From NCBI GenBank assembly GCA_020635905.1, contig JACJYV010000004.1, positions 243,142-307,141 on the forward strand: a stretch of DNA of 64,000 nt, in the 5' to 3' direction. The stretch is from Bacteroidia bacterium (GTDB taxonomy: Bacteria; Bacteroidota; Bacteroidia; J057; JADKCL01). Both the position numbers and the translations under genes were made by a program. The stretch's first letter is position 1, and each line of letters opens with the position of its first letter. The notes below the pieces were generated by a model, which was given only the letters and a program-made list of their open reading frames with translations, had not been told where the DNA came from and searched no databases. Positions 10,092 through 19,490 of the stretch are shown one piece after another.

Positions 10092-11826
10092 TCAGGGAGG
10101 GAAACTTCTCCAGTTCAGCTTCCATTTCTTCCATCAGTTGGGCGGAAAAGGCAGCAATTTCCTGTAAATCATTTTCCTGAAAAGGGGAAGAGAGACCTGC
10201 TTTTTGCAATAATTCAGGAAAGGAGCAACTTCCGCCTACCACGGCCATGCTTTGATAGGTCTGCCAGGCCTTTTCGGGATCTTCCTTGCTCTTGCGCAAA
10301 ATGTCCAAAGCCGCAATCGTAGCCAGGCCGTAGGAAAGAATGTACAGGGGAGATTGGTAAAAATGCCCGAATTCCCGCCAGGCTTTTCCTGAAGTCAGGT
10401 AGGGATGGCCCTCAAAATCCACTTCACGGCCATATTCGGCCTCCAGTTGCAGCCATTTGGCGTCCACCAATCCCAGATCGCAGCCCGGGTGGGAATAGAC
10501 AAAGTCTTCCAGCTCAAATCCCTGGGAGCATCTGAGGATGCGGATGATGGATTGCGCCAGGTGAATCAGTTTGAATAAAACCAGATCCCGCCCACTGAAA
10601 AGGTGATTTAAGCCCTTCCAGGCCAGAAATTCCATGGCGTGGGAAAATACTTCTGAGGAATCTGTAGCCCCGTGAATGTAGTCGTAAATGTCCCAATGGA
10701 AGCTCTGTTCGTTCTGGTAGGCATGGCCGATCTCGTGGAACAGGGTGAGCAGCGACTGCGGGTTGTCGAGCTGGGTGACCACATGCACGAACGATTGCCG
10801 GACTTCGGGCAGGGAAACTGAAAAGCTGAAACCCGTGTTTTTGCCGGCAAAAACCATGAGTTCATTTTCACGCAGGCGCTGGGTGAATTGATGGACCTGG
10901 GGTGAGATCTCACCCAGGCACCGTTCGAGCGACCGCTCGATTTCATCCTGGCCCAGGGTCATGGACGAAGCCCAGTCATACTCGGAAAAAGTGGCCCGGT
11001 CATAATAAGCCAGGGTTTTTACCCCGATCATCTTTTCCTGCAAATGGGTGATTTTGCGGCCCAATTCGGCAAAATGAGTTTTGATGCCGCGGGCAAAATC
11101 GTGCAGTTGGGCATAGGAAACTCCCTGCCGTTTGTGCACCAGGTGACCAAGTTGCAGATAATTTTCAAATCCCGCTGCCCGGGCCATTTCATGACGGTTG
11201 GCCACCATTTTCTGAAAAATATCCGCCAGAAACTCATCCTTGAGCATGGCAAAATCGAGAATCCCGTCAGAAATGGTTTTCCGTTTGGGGCGTTCTGCCA
11301 CCTTCATCCAGTGCAGCCATTGAGAGAAATTTCCCTCCTTGTCCCCGATTTTGAAAGATTTACCCTGAAAATTCTGCCTGAACTCGTTGACCAGTTCTGT
11401 TTCCCTCAGCTTAAAAGCCGTCAGTTGGGGCTGATCTTGTCGCACAAAGCTCTCGGCCAGGTGGGTGATTTGCCGGCCGAATCCTTCTTCCAGTTGGGGT
11501 AAAAAGGGTGAATCCAGCAGATTTTGGTAGAAAATGCCCATTTTCTCCCCCAATTTCGGCCCGATGGCGTTATTGATCTGGTATTCTGCCTTATAGTCAA
11601 GTCCTTCGTCGCCTGCGAGCATGCGCAGAAAGCTCAGGGTCCAGTGGGTTTGAAATCTGATTTGAAATTCCTGCACCTCCACGAAAGCTTTGCGGGCCTG
11701 GGCAAAGGTTTTGGCGGCCGAAAAATTATCCACCAATCGTTGCAACTCCGTTCCCAGGGAGTTTTCTGTCAGGGGTTGGTATGGAATTTCCGCAAATTTC
11801 ACTGCACGTCCTTTTTGGGAAACCAC
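10081..11826 (-). CDS. M3-family oligoendopeptidase (PepF-like)
   Basis: 581 aa with the zinc motif HEIGH (FHEIGHAYQ) and downstream Glu. GTG start. The 3' end overlaps the convergent rocD by 11 nt. Confidence 0.8.
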   Translation of the reverse strand: MVSQKGRAVKFAEIPYQPLTENSLGTELQRLVDNFSAAKTFAQARKAFVEVQEFQIRFQTHWTLSFLRMLAGDEGLDYKAEYQINNAIGPKLGEKMGIFYQNLLDSPFLPQLEEGFGRQITHLAESFVRQDQPQLTAFKLRETELVNEFRQNFQGKSFKIGDKEGNFSQWLHWMKVAERPKRKTISDGILDFAMLKDEFLADIFQKMVANRHEMARAAGFENYLQLGHLVHKRQGVSYAQLHDFARGIKTHFAELGRKITHLQEKMIGVKTLAYYDRATFSEYDWASSMTLGQDEIERSLERCLGEISPQVHQFTQRLRENELMVFAGKNTGFSFSVSLPEVRQSFVHVVTQLDNPQSLLTLFHEIGHAYQNEQSFHWDIYDYIHGATDSSEVFSHAMEFLAWKGLNHLFSGRDLVLFKLIHLAQSIIRILRCSQGFELEDFVYSHPGCDLGLVDAKWLQLEAEYGREVDFEGHPYLTSGKAWREFGHFYQSPLYILSYGLATIAALDILRKSKEDPEKAWQTYQSMAVVGGSCSFPELLQKAGLSSPFQENDLQEIAAFSAQLMEEMEAELEKFPSLTTP

Positions 11827-12599
11827 GGAAAAAATGCACTCGTTCTGCGCTTATAAGCGTCAAACTCAGCATTCCCCTTATAAGGTGCCTCCAGCATGGG
11901 AATGCCCGATACCTTGAGCAGCAAAAAGCCAATGATCAGCGGACTGACAATAGTGAAAATTCCATTTTCACTACCCAAGGCCACCAGGAAAAATCCCCAC
12001 CAAAGCAAAGCCTCCCCAAAATAGTTGGGATGACGGGTCAGGGCCCAAAGGCCGGTGGTAAGAAAGCGCGGTTTGGGCTGAGGTTTTTGGATGAAAAGCA
12101 TAAGTTGCAGATCGCCAATGGCTTCAAACAAAAAGCCAATCAGCCAGATGGCAACGCCGGGAATGGTCAGCCAATCCAGGGAGGAGGGTGGGGGAGTCTG
12201 CTCAGCGACTACAAACTGAATGGGTAGGGAAACAACCCACATGATGATGCCCTGCAGCATGAAAACCTGCAAAAAGGAACGCCAAACCACGGTTTTGCCC
12301 CATTCTTCCCGCCATTTGGCATAGCGCGGGTCTTCGCCTCTTCCCCAGTTTCGGGCTCCAATGTGCCAGGCCAGCCTGATGCCCCAAGCCCAGGTCATCA
12401 AAAGCGCCAGCGAAGGCCGGGTCGGAAATTCAACCTGCTGAGTGAAAAATGTATAAGTTGCCACCAGCACAAAGCCGATTCCCCATCCAATATCCACGAT
12501 ACTGTTGTTTTTGAGCACCTGAGCCAGCAGGAACATCAAAACCATGAAGGCTCCAATCAGGAGAGCGCTATGTAATAAGGCTTCGGCCAGGTTTCCCAT
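11799..12599 (-). CDS. DUF1295 / steroid 5-alpha-reductase-like membrane protein
   Basis: 266 aa, polytopic. C-terminal LxTxGLWALTRHPNYFGE motif typical of this family. Confidence 0.7.
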   Translation of the reverse strand: MGNLAEALLHSALLIGAFMVLMFLLAQVLKNNSIVDIGWGIGFVLVATYTFFTQQVEFPTRPSLALLMTWAWGIRLAWHIGARNWGRGEDPRYAKWREEWGKTVVWRSFLQVFMLQGIIMWVVSLPIQFVVAEQTPPPSSLDWLTIPGVAIWLIGFLFEAIGDLQLMLFIQKPQPKPRFLTTGLWALTRHPNYFGEALLWWGFFLVALGSENGIFTIVSPLIIGFLLLKVSGIPMLEAPYKGNAEFDAYKRRTSAFFPWFPKKDVQ

Positions 12600-12617
12600 T
12601 CGTAATTCATTAAACCC

Positions 12618-12639
12618 GGAAAACCACCTCTGGTTTTCC
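12618..12639. other. perfect 9-bp hairpin (GGAAAACCA cctc TGGTTTTCC)
   Basis: Seen directly. Lies between the OmpA-family gene end (12774) and the DUF1295 start (12599). Terminator or 5'-UTR structure; no clear U-tract. Confidence 0.35.
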
Positions 12640-12773
12640 CTTGCTCAGACCCCTTATTCCCGAAAGTTGATTGCGAATGACCGGAAAATATTCCCAATAA
12701 TGGATTTTCCCCGGCCACGATTGACTGGGCTAATTTGTGAAAAACCTTGCGGATTTCAAACCGCGATTTTTCC

Positions 12774-14717
12774 TCACTCGAATCCTGTGATCCTGATTTC
12801 CACCCGGCGGTTGGCAGCCCGGCCTTCTTCTGTATCGTTTTCAGCCACGGGCTGCTCCATCCCGTAGCCCATGACCGACATTCTGCGGCCTGATATGCCC
12901 TGTAGGAGCAGGTAGTCGCGCACTGACTCTGCCCGGCGCTGGGATAGCTCTTTTTTGTGGCTGATATTTCCGGTATTGTCCGTAAATCCTGCAATTTCAA
13001 ATTTCACGTTGGGATTCAATTTGAGGAAATACAGCAAACGGGCCAGGCCTGGGCCCGATTCCGCATGCTGCAGGTCCCATTCGCCCGTTACGAAATGAAG
13101 GTTATTGCAAATGGCCTTGGAACCTACCCTGATGGGCTCCAGTTGCACATCCAGATGGATTTCAGGGCTTTTGGTCAAGAGATCCAGATCCACGTCCTGC
13201 CCATAAAACATGTAACCGGGAGCGATAAAATTGACGCTCACTTTCTGGCTGCCCGAGGGCAATTCCAGCAAATACAGCCCGTCCGTCTCATTGGCGTAGA
13301 TTTTGTCGATTTCATCCAGGTTGTGGTTATTGGTCAGGGTAATCTCGGCTTTGATGGGAAAACCGTTGGTTTTGTCCAAAACCCGCCCGGCCATGTAATT
13401 CATGGATTCGTAAGGCTGGCCTTCCGTAAAGGAAATCTTGGTAAACCACATATCATTGCCCATGTCTTTGCCTGTGTTTCTCAGGTCACCGTCCACAGAT
13501 TCAGCATATCCAGCGGCCAGAAAATCGCCCGTAGGCAGGGCAATGGCATTATAAAATGCTTCATAATCCTCGCCCCCTGCGGTCATGGCCCACTCTTTTT
13601 TGCCCGTGGAGTCAATTTTGATCAGGATGGCGTCGTAATGGCCGCGGTTTTTGGCTGCAATGCCATCCTCTGAGGTCGTGGTACCCGAAATCAGGTAGCC
13701 CCCGTCCGGGGTTTGGCGGATGTTATTGGCGCCGTCTGACTTGCTGCCGCCGTAATTGCGGCTCCACAGCAACTGGCCCCACTGATTGAATTCAAAAGCC
13801 CAGATATCGCCGCGGCCATATTGCCGGGCCAGGTCTCCGTTGCCGGAAAAAGAGGTTCCCACTCCCACAAAATTACCCTGACGGTTGGGAATTACTGCGG
13901 CAAGCTCTTCATAATCACTGCCTCCATAATTTTTATTCCAGATAAAATCGAGATTCCGCGACATCATAAAAACCCAGGCGTCTTTCTTCCCTTTGGGATC
14001 TTTGATATCGTGGCTTTCAGAGGTGGAAGTGGCACATACCAGAATCTGGCGGTTGGGCAATTGAATAATGTCCTTCACCTGCTCATTTTCGGGTCCGCCA
14101 AAAGACTTGGTCCAGACCACCTCTCCCTTTTCGTCGAGTTTGGCAAACCAGGCGTCGAGGCCGCCGCGGGAGTAGGTCATATCGCCATCCAGGGAGCCCG
14201 ATTCGCCGCCAACCAGGTAGGTGCCGTCAGGATTGGGCCAGATGCAGTAGCCCTTGTCATTGCCGTTGCCGCCGTAGGTTTTCACCCACTCTTTCTTACC
14301 CATGGCATCCAGTTTGATCACCAGAATCTCGAACCCACGGTGTTTTTTATTGATGTCTCCGTCGGGAGAAGTCGTGGTACCTACCACCACCACGCCCTGG
14401 TCGGGCGTGACCTTCATCTGGGCGAATGTTTCGCGGCCTGTACCACCCACAATGGTGCGCCAGATCACCCGGCCATTGGCCGAAACCTTGGCCACCACAA
14501 TGTCTTCAATCCCTGCCAGGTGGTTGCCTTCCCCGATTCCGTCTGTGGATTGGGTTTCGCCCCCGATCAAAAAAGTCCGGCCGGGCATCTCGATCAGCTC
14601 GCAGGCCTGATCATACATTAGGCCGCCATACAGCTTTTGCCACACGATTTTTTGCGCCTGAACGGAAGTGAAAAGGAGGAAGAAAATTCCCAGAAATGAG
14701 TAAATGCGGGTCGTCAT
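12774..14717 (-). CDS. OmpA-family protein with N-terminal beta-propeller-like repeats
   Basis: 647 aa with a signal peptide. At least 7 repeats of the W.K.YGG...D...PDGGY...G.T.S type. C-terminal OmpA_C domain (GFTDNTG...LSQRRAESV...NRRVEI). Confidence 0.8.
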   Translation of the reverse strand: MTTRIYSFLGIFFLLFTSVQAQKIVWQKLYGGLMYDQACELIEMPGRTFLIGGETQSTDGIGEGNHLAGIEDIVVAKVSANGRVIWRTIVGGTGRETFAQMKVTPDQGVVVVGTTTSPDGDINKKHRGFEILVIKLDAMGKKEWVKTYGGNGNDKGYCIWPNPDGTYLVGGESGSLDGDMTYSRGGLDAWFAKLDEKGEVVWTKSFGGPENEQVKDIIQLPNRQILVCATSTSESHDIKDPKGKKDAWVFMMSRNLDFIWNKNYGGSDYEELAAVIPNRQGNFVGVGTSFSGNGDLARQYGRGDIWAFEFNQWGQLLWSRNYGGSKSDGANNIRQTPDGGYLISGTTTSEDGIAAKNRGHYDAILIKIDSTGKKEWAMTAGGEDYEAFYNAIALPTGDFLAAGYAESVDGDLRNTGKDMGNDMWFTKISFTEGQPYESMNYMAGRVLDKTNGFPIKAEITLTNNHNLDEIDKIYANETDGLYLLELPSGSQKVSVNFIAPGYMFYGQDVDLDLLTKSPEIHLDVQLEPIRVGSKAICNNLHFVTGEWDLQHAESGPGLARLLYFLKLNPNVKFEIAGFTDNTGNISHKKELSQRRAESVRDYLLLQGISGRRMSVMGYGMEQPVAENDTEEGRAANRRVEIRITGFE

Positions 14718-14963
14718 ATCTTATCGATCAATAGAAAAACCACCTGCCTTCGCAGGATAAACGTCTCAAAACTCCATTTATTTGATCGCAAACGGAAATC
14801 ACTAATTGTGTATAAGTGAAGCGATTGTAGCCAGTGAGAGACAGTTTTGCCAGCATAACGTTTACCCGAGTAACCTTTTGGGATTACAGTTTGGATACTG
14901 CTTAATAACCGTTCATCTTATTTGCCTTGATTGAAATTATGATAAAATCCACCTTATCAGGAA

Positions 14964-14998
14964 GTTCGCAGCTAGAAGCCTGTTGCTCGCAGCTAAAA
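14964..14998. repeat. short heptanucleotide-phased tract
   Basis: Parses as gttcgca gctagaa gcctgtt gctcgca gctaaaa. Same GCTNNNN word family as the tracts at 27008, 33936 and 54772. Confidence 0.5.
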
Positions 14999-15056
14999 AA
15001 AATCCCCCAGCCGAAGCCAGGGAACTGAAATTGAACTTCCTGAAATATTTTTTTAA

Positions 15057-15117
15057 GGGGTAAGTGAGCATTTCTGAAACAAGTTCAACGCTGATATTCA
15101 AAGGTTTAGGGGTTCCC
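15057..15117 (+). mobile_element. MITE-like element, truncated/degenerate copy 4 (right half)
   Basis: ggggtaagtgagcatttctgaaacaagttcaacgctgatattcaaaggtttaggggttccc aligns to the right half of the full copies. No matching left end and no flanking duplication. Confidence 0.55.
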
Positions 15118-15705
15118 AATTGCAGCGATGAAATCCATTTGCAGAGCCGGAATATCCATGGCAATGGCTTCAGCTTCCGTCAGTTGAGCAATGGAAGGAT
15201 TTGCCCCGGGCAAAATCTGGGTCAGCATCAGCGCCCCGTTTTGCCGCTCGATCAGGTCATATCTGACCACCACTTCCCGACCCGTAATGGTGCCCCGAAA
15301 CAGGGCCGACCACATGCCAGGGGCCGTTTCCCGCACTTCCTGATCCGACCAGAGCAGGGTGCCATCTCCACCCGACTGGGTGAAATCGAGGTCTTTCAAC
15401 TCCTCTTTCATGGTTTTCTCATCCAGCGCTACCAGCAGGATGAGCCCGCCCGTCTTTTCATTTCTGAAAAGCCCTTCAGCTTCTCCCAGGGAGGCCTGCT
15501 CCAAAAACCAGATGGGATTCGACTGAATTCCCATGCAATATTGCCAGCCCTGAAGCCAGCTTGCTTCAGGTTGATAATGCGCAGGCAGCACGATCCTTTG
15601 CTCCATGCTTTGTCCAGATTGAGCCTGAGACTGAGCGAAAAGATTTCCCGTGTTGCACAGGGCGAGCACCATCAGGAGGGCGGAGATTTGGGCGAGTCGT
15701 TTCAT
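15106..15705 (-). CDS. hypothetical secreted protein
   Basis: Track ORF trimmed to ATG 15705 (MKRLAQISALLMVLALCNTGNLFAQ signal peptide). The last three codons and the stop lie inside the truncated MITE. Confidence 0.5.
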   Translation of the reverse strand: MKRLAQISALLMVLALCNTGNLFAQSQAQSGQSMEQRIVLPAHYQPEASWLQGWQYCMGIQSNPIWFLEQASLGEAEGLFRNEKTGGLILLVALDEKTMKEELKDLDFTQSGGDGTLLWSDQEVRETAPGMWSALFRGTITGREVVVRYDLIERQNGALMLTQILPGANPSIAQLTEAEAIAMDIPALQMDFIAAIGNP

Positions 15706-15969
15706 GGGATTATTTTTTTGTTGTATGGGTTTGTTGAACAATTCAAAGATCGCAGCCCCGGCCTGCAAAAATTAACAACCCCCGGCGCATTAATATCAAC
15801 TTTGATGCAATTTTAGGCGGATTTGAGCCATTTTCAACCAAAATGTAAGCTGTGTTTCAGATCCTGTCAATCCAGTTTCCCGGTCAGCATGCATCAGAAA
15901 GGGTTAGTTATGAATAATCTCACCTGCAAAGCGGTCTCTCTCAGGAAGCGGGCCCATGGCCCGTTTACA

Positions 15970-16006
15970 CCTTCGGGGGCTGTGGCCGCTGTCCCGCCCC
16001 CGAAGG
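15970..16006 (+). other. GC-rich perfect 11-bp hairpin
   Basis: CCTTCGGGGGC, 15-nt loop, GCCCCCGAAGG. Preceded by the palindrome GGGCCCATGGCCC (15950-15962). Lies in the purK upstream region. Confidence 0.5.
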
Positions 16007-16024
16007 GATTCGGGGCCACCCTCC

Positions 16025-16059
16025 AAAAATGCCAGCCATATACCAGGGCTGGCATTTTT
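16025..16059 (+). terminator. intrinsic-terminator-like hairpin upstream of purK
   Basis: AAAAATGCCAGCC, 9-nt loop, GGCTGGCATTTTT: a perfect 13-bp inverted repeat with a T5 tail on plus and an A5 run on the other side. About 90 nt upstream of ATG 16148. Confidence 0.55.
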
Positions 16060-16147
16060 CTCCCACACCGGCCAAGGCCCGGGAACTTGCGGCCTCCAGC
16101 CGCCAGAAAAATTTCCCTGTCAAACCATTTTTTCTCATTTTTGCCCC

Positions 16148-17290
16148 ATGAACAAAAACAGTTCTTCCCCCAGAACTCTGGGAATCCTGGGTGGCGGCCA
16201 ACTTGGCCTCATGCTTCTGCCTGCTGCCCGCGAATTTGGCCTTCTGGTGGCCATGCTCGATCCCGCGGCTGATGCCCCCTGTGCCCACCTCGCCGACCGC
16301 TTCGCGGTCGGAAATCTCATGGATTATGATACCGTTATGGCCTTTGGCCGGTCAGTGGATCTGGTCACGATTGAAATCGAGCACGTGAATGTGAAGGCCC
16401 TGGCCGACCTGGCCCGGGAGGGAAAAACAGTGTATCCCACCGCACCACACCTCAAAACCATTCAGAATAAATGCTGGCAAAAGGAATTTTACCGCGAAAA
16501 CAACATTCCCACTGCTGATTTCTTCATCTTTTCGCAAAAGCCAGCCTTCGCCGAAATTGATTTTCCCCTTCCCTTCGTCCACAAACTGGCCACAGGTGGC
16601 TACGACGGCCGCGGAGTGAACATTATCCGCACCCGCGAGGACTGGACCTCAGTTCCCGACCAGCCCGGACTGATTGAGGCATTTGTGCCCAATGCAAAGG
16701 AGATTTCCGTCATGGTGGCCCGCAACCCTTCGGGTCAGGTCAGTTGCTTTCCTGCGGTGGAAATGGAGTTTCATCCCACCGCCAACCTGGTCGAGTTTCT
16801 GTTTTGTCCCTCCACGCTGACCGCAGCACAGGCCCATCGGGCCGAAGAAATCGCCCGCAAAACTGCGGAAGCCTTTGCCCAGGTGGGTATCATGGCCGTG
16901 GAAATGTTCCTCACTGCTGGAGGCGATCTGCTGGTCAACGAATGTGCGCCCCGACCCCACAACAGCGGCCACCAGACCATTGAAGGCAATATTACCTCCC
17001 AGTACCAGCAACACATCCGTGCCATCCTCGACCTTGACCTGGGTAATACAGACCTGATTTCGCCCTCAGTGATGGTCAATCTGCTGGGGGAGGAGGGCTA
17101 CGCAGGCCCGGCCCGCTACCAGGGGCTTGACGAAGTGAAAAAAATCCCCGGCGTTTTTGTCCACCTCTATGGCAAGGCTGAAACCCGTCCCTTTCGCAAA
17201 ATGGGGCATGTTACCATTCTGGGAGAAACAGTTGAAGCGGCCCGCGAAAAAGCTATCTTTGTAAAACAAACCCTGAAAGTTGTCTCATGA
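16148..17290 (+). CDS. purK: 5-(carboxyamino)imidazole ribonucleotide synthase
   Basis: ATP-grasp protein with the LGILGGGQLG N-terminus and typical PurK body. Track ORF trimmed from 15956 to ATG 16148. The stop overlaps the purE start (ATGA). Confidence 0.9.
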   Translation: MNKNSSSPRTLGILGGGQLGLMLLPAAREFGLLVAMLDPAADAPCAHLADRFAVGNLMDYDTVMAFGRSVDLVTIEIEHVNVKALADLAREGKTVYPTAPHLKTIQNKCWQKEFYRENNIPTADFFIFSQKPAFAEIDFPLPFVHKLATGGYDGRGVNIIRTREDWTSVPDQPGLIEAFVPNAKEISVMVARNPSGQVSCFPAVEMEFHPTANLVEFLFCPSTLTAAQAHRAEEIARKTAEAFAQVGIMAVEMFLTAGGDLLVNECAPRPHNSGHQTIEGNITSQYQQHIRAILDLDLGNTDLISPSVMVNLLGEEGYAGPARYQGLDEVKKIPGVFVHLYGKAETRPFRKMGHVTILGETVEAAREKAIFVKQTLKVVS

Positions 17291-17808
17291 AAAAAGCCCG
17301 CGTAGGTATCATCATGGGCAGCACTTCAGACCTGAGGGTCATGGAAGCCGCTGCCATAATCCTGGAAGACTTACAGATTGGCTTCGAACTGACTGTGGTG
17401 TCGGCCCATCGCACCCCTGAGCGCTTGTTTGATTACGCCCGCACCGCGGTGGACCGCGGCCTGAGTGTGATCATTGCCGGCGCAGGCGGTGCCGCGCATC
17501 TGCCCGGCATGGTGGCCGCCCTGACCCCGCTTCCCGTGATCGGGGTGCCGGTCAAAGCCTCCATTTCCATGGATGGCTGGGATTCTGTTTTGTCCATTTT
17601 GCAAATGCCTCCCGGGGTGCCTGTCGCCACCGTGGCCCTGGACGCGGGTCAGAATGCAGGCATTCTGGCCGCTCAGATTCTGGGTGCTTCCGATCCTGAA
17701 ATTCTGGCCAAAGTGGCCAAATTCAAGGAGGATCTGAAAATCAAAGTTCAGAAGGGAATCAAAGAATTGAGCCGCGGAAGGTTCGGTCCCAGTTCACTGG
17801 ATGCCTAA
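17287..17808 (+). CDS. purE: 5-(carboxyamino)imidazole ribonucleotide mutase
   Basis: 173 aa. Motifs IIMGSTSD, SAHRTP, AGGAAHLPG and PVIGVPV are classical class I PurE. Confidence 0.93.
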   Translation: MKKARVGIIMGSTSDLRVMEAAAIILEDLQIGFELTVVSAHRTPERLFDYARTAVDRGLSVIIAGAGGAAHLPGMVAALTPLPVIGVPVKASISMDGWDSVLSILQMPPGVPVATVALDAGQNAGILAAQILGASDPEILAKVAKFKEDLKIKVQKGIKELSRGRFGPSSLDA

Positions 17809-17899
17809 AAAAACAATCAGCAGGGTTAAAACACAGGAAAATTCCTGTTATATTGAATCTGAAAAGATTTAGACAGCAAAAACCCTAAAGCCACATACC

Positions 17900-19345
17900 A
17901 TGTTCGGAATTGAAATCATTGAAGTAGCCCTCGGCCTGGCCCTGGTATATTTTGCCGTGAGCACCATTTGCTCGGGCATTTACGAAGCTTTTGCCCAGCT
18001 GACCGACAAACGCTCCAAGCACCTGGAAGACGGTATTCGCAAGTTTCTTAACGACGAAGCCACTTCCTCCAACCCCAGCGGACTGGCCACTGCACTCTAT
18101 TCAAATCCCGAAATCTGGTCGCGCCTGGAAGGAAAAATCGGCAAAAAAGACTGGATTGAAGCCTCTAAGTTCTCGGGGGTTCTATTCGATATTCTCGTGC
18201 CCAAAGACGAGGCCCAGGAATCAGATTTTGTGAAAAATCTGAAGTCAGAGATCAACAAAACCATGACTGATCCTGGTATTCAGAAAACGCTCAACCGCAT
18301 TGTGGGCGTGTTGGAAACCCCGATTGTGGGCACCCTAAAGGGCATTCTGGAGGATTATTACAAGGATTCGCCTCTCGCGGGCCAAATCATGGAGATTTTT
18401 CAGGGCATTGATCCTGCCACCCAGTGCAAAGACTGTTACGACGAATTGCTGGGCCGACTGCGCGCCCTGAATCTGCCTGATGGAGAGTTTGCTGCCGCAA
18501 AGGAAACCCTGGATGCCCTGGTGCGGGAAGGGGATAAGTTTGCCAATGTGAAAGAATTGATTCGCCTGCGCTTCTCCAATGACAAAATCGAGGAAGCGGC
18601 CCTCAATCTGGTGAGCAAATGGGAGGAAAGCGAAAAAATCATCAAATTCCGTACCCGGCTCGCCGACCGCCTGCGCGACAATAAAATACAAAAGACCCTG
18701 CTGGCCAAGATTGACGCCGCCGAGGGCAAAATCGCTGATGTACGCAAAACCATGGAATCCGTCTTTGATGAGGCCATGGGAGATGTGGGCAAATGGTATC
18801 GTGCCAATGTGCGCATGGTGATCCTGGTCCTCTCGGTGATCATCACTGTGGGTTTCAACGTAGATACCCTCGAACTGGGGCGTGAACTCTGGAACGACAA
18901 CGACCTGCGGGCCGCAACCCTGGTCACGGTGCAGCAGGTGGTGGAGAAAAAATCTGAGGTTTGGTCCCCCAAGCAAGACCCCAATGCAGTGGAAACTGCC
19001 CCTGGGGTGGAAGTAGCAGAGGCCGATACCAGTGGCGGTCAAACTGTTTCCGAACTTCCCGAACCTACTCCCGCGGACACCAGTGGAAAATCCATTGGTG
19101 AAATTCTCCAGGAAGCACAGGTGGCCGTGGATAAAATGGAAACCCTGCCCGTCGGCTGGAATTTTAATGGCAATTTCTGGGACCTCAACTTCAGCAAAGG
19201 TAAAACGGGCAATAAACTCTGGGCTTCCATTCTGCTGAAAATTCTGGGCTTTGTAATGACCATCGCCGCAGCGTCTCTTGGTGCACCCTTCTGGTATAAT
19301 CTGCTCAAAAGCCTCACCAGCCTGAAGGACAAGATAGCCAAGTAA
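17900..19345 (+). CDS. hypothetical membrane protein
   Basis: 481 aa. One N-terminal TM, a long charged helical middle, then two further TM segments (MVILVLSVIITVGF; ILLKILGFVMTIAAASLGAPFWY). No motif I can name. Confidence 0.5.
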   Translation: MFGIEIIEVALGLALVYFAVSTICSGIYEAFAQLTDKRSKHLEDGIRKFLNDEATSSNPSGLATALYSNPEIWSRLEGKIGKKDWIEASKFSGVLFDILVPKDEAQESDFVKNLKSEINKTMTDPGIQKTLNRIVGVLETPIVGTLKGILEDYYKDSPLAGQIMEIFQGIDPATQCKDCYDELLGRLRALNLPDGEFAAAKETLDALVREGDKFANVKELIRLRFSNDKIEEAALNLVSKWEESEKIIKFRTRLADRLRDNKIQKTLLAKIDAAEGKIADVRKTMESVFDEAMGDVGKWYRANVRMVILVLSVIITVGFNVDTLELGRELWNDNDLRAATLVTVQQVVEKKSEVWSPKQDPNAVETAPGVEVAEADTSGGQTVSELPEPTPADTSGKSIGEILQEAQVAVDKMETLPVGWNFNGNFWDLNFSKGKTGNKLWASILLKILGFVMTIAAASLGAPFWYNLLKSLTSLKDKIAK

Positions 19346-19490
19346 TCAATTAACAATTAGCAGAGAGCAATGAACGGAAATCAATTGTCAATTAGCAGAG
19401 AGCAATGAACCTTTGCTTCTTCTCTTACATCTGATATCTAACTGTCTAAAATCTAATTGTCTGACATCTAAAATCTAATTCTCTAAAATC
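19346..19490. repeat. heptanucleotide-phased intergenic tract (R2) with 35-bp higher-order repeat
   Basis: Runs stop-to-stop between convergent genes. tcaatta acaatta gcagaga gcaatga acggaaa is repeated 35 nt later; then come tctaaaa/tctaatt-type units. Confidence 0.8.

Noticed and set aside
12557-13000. Minus-strand ORF 12557-13000 (147 aa) and plus-strand ORFs 12363-12867 overlapping the OmpA-family 3' end and the DUF1295 5' end.
   Set aside because: They bridge an intergenic region and overlap better-supported genes in other frames. They have no motifs and atypical composition.
15948-16147. Purine, ZTP (pfl) or PRPP/ykkC-type riboswitch upstream of purK.
   Set aside because: By eye, none of the conserved cores I remember is present: the purine three-way junction with UAUAAU...CUAC, and the ZTP GGGUCGUGAC ... 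CCGCCUGGGC. The region is kept only as an unclassified structured leader. Rfam covariance models are needed for a real answer.
15823-16288. ORFs 15823-16272 (+, 149 aa) and 15965-16288 (-), plus the long 15956 start of purK, in the GC-rich purK upstream region.
   Set aside because: The translations are Pro/Arg/Gly/Ser-rich with no motifs. They span perfect hairpins and a terminator-like stem. PurK homology starts only at MNKNSSSPRTLGILGGGQLG (16148).
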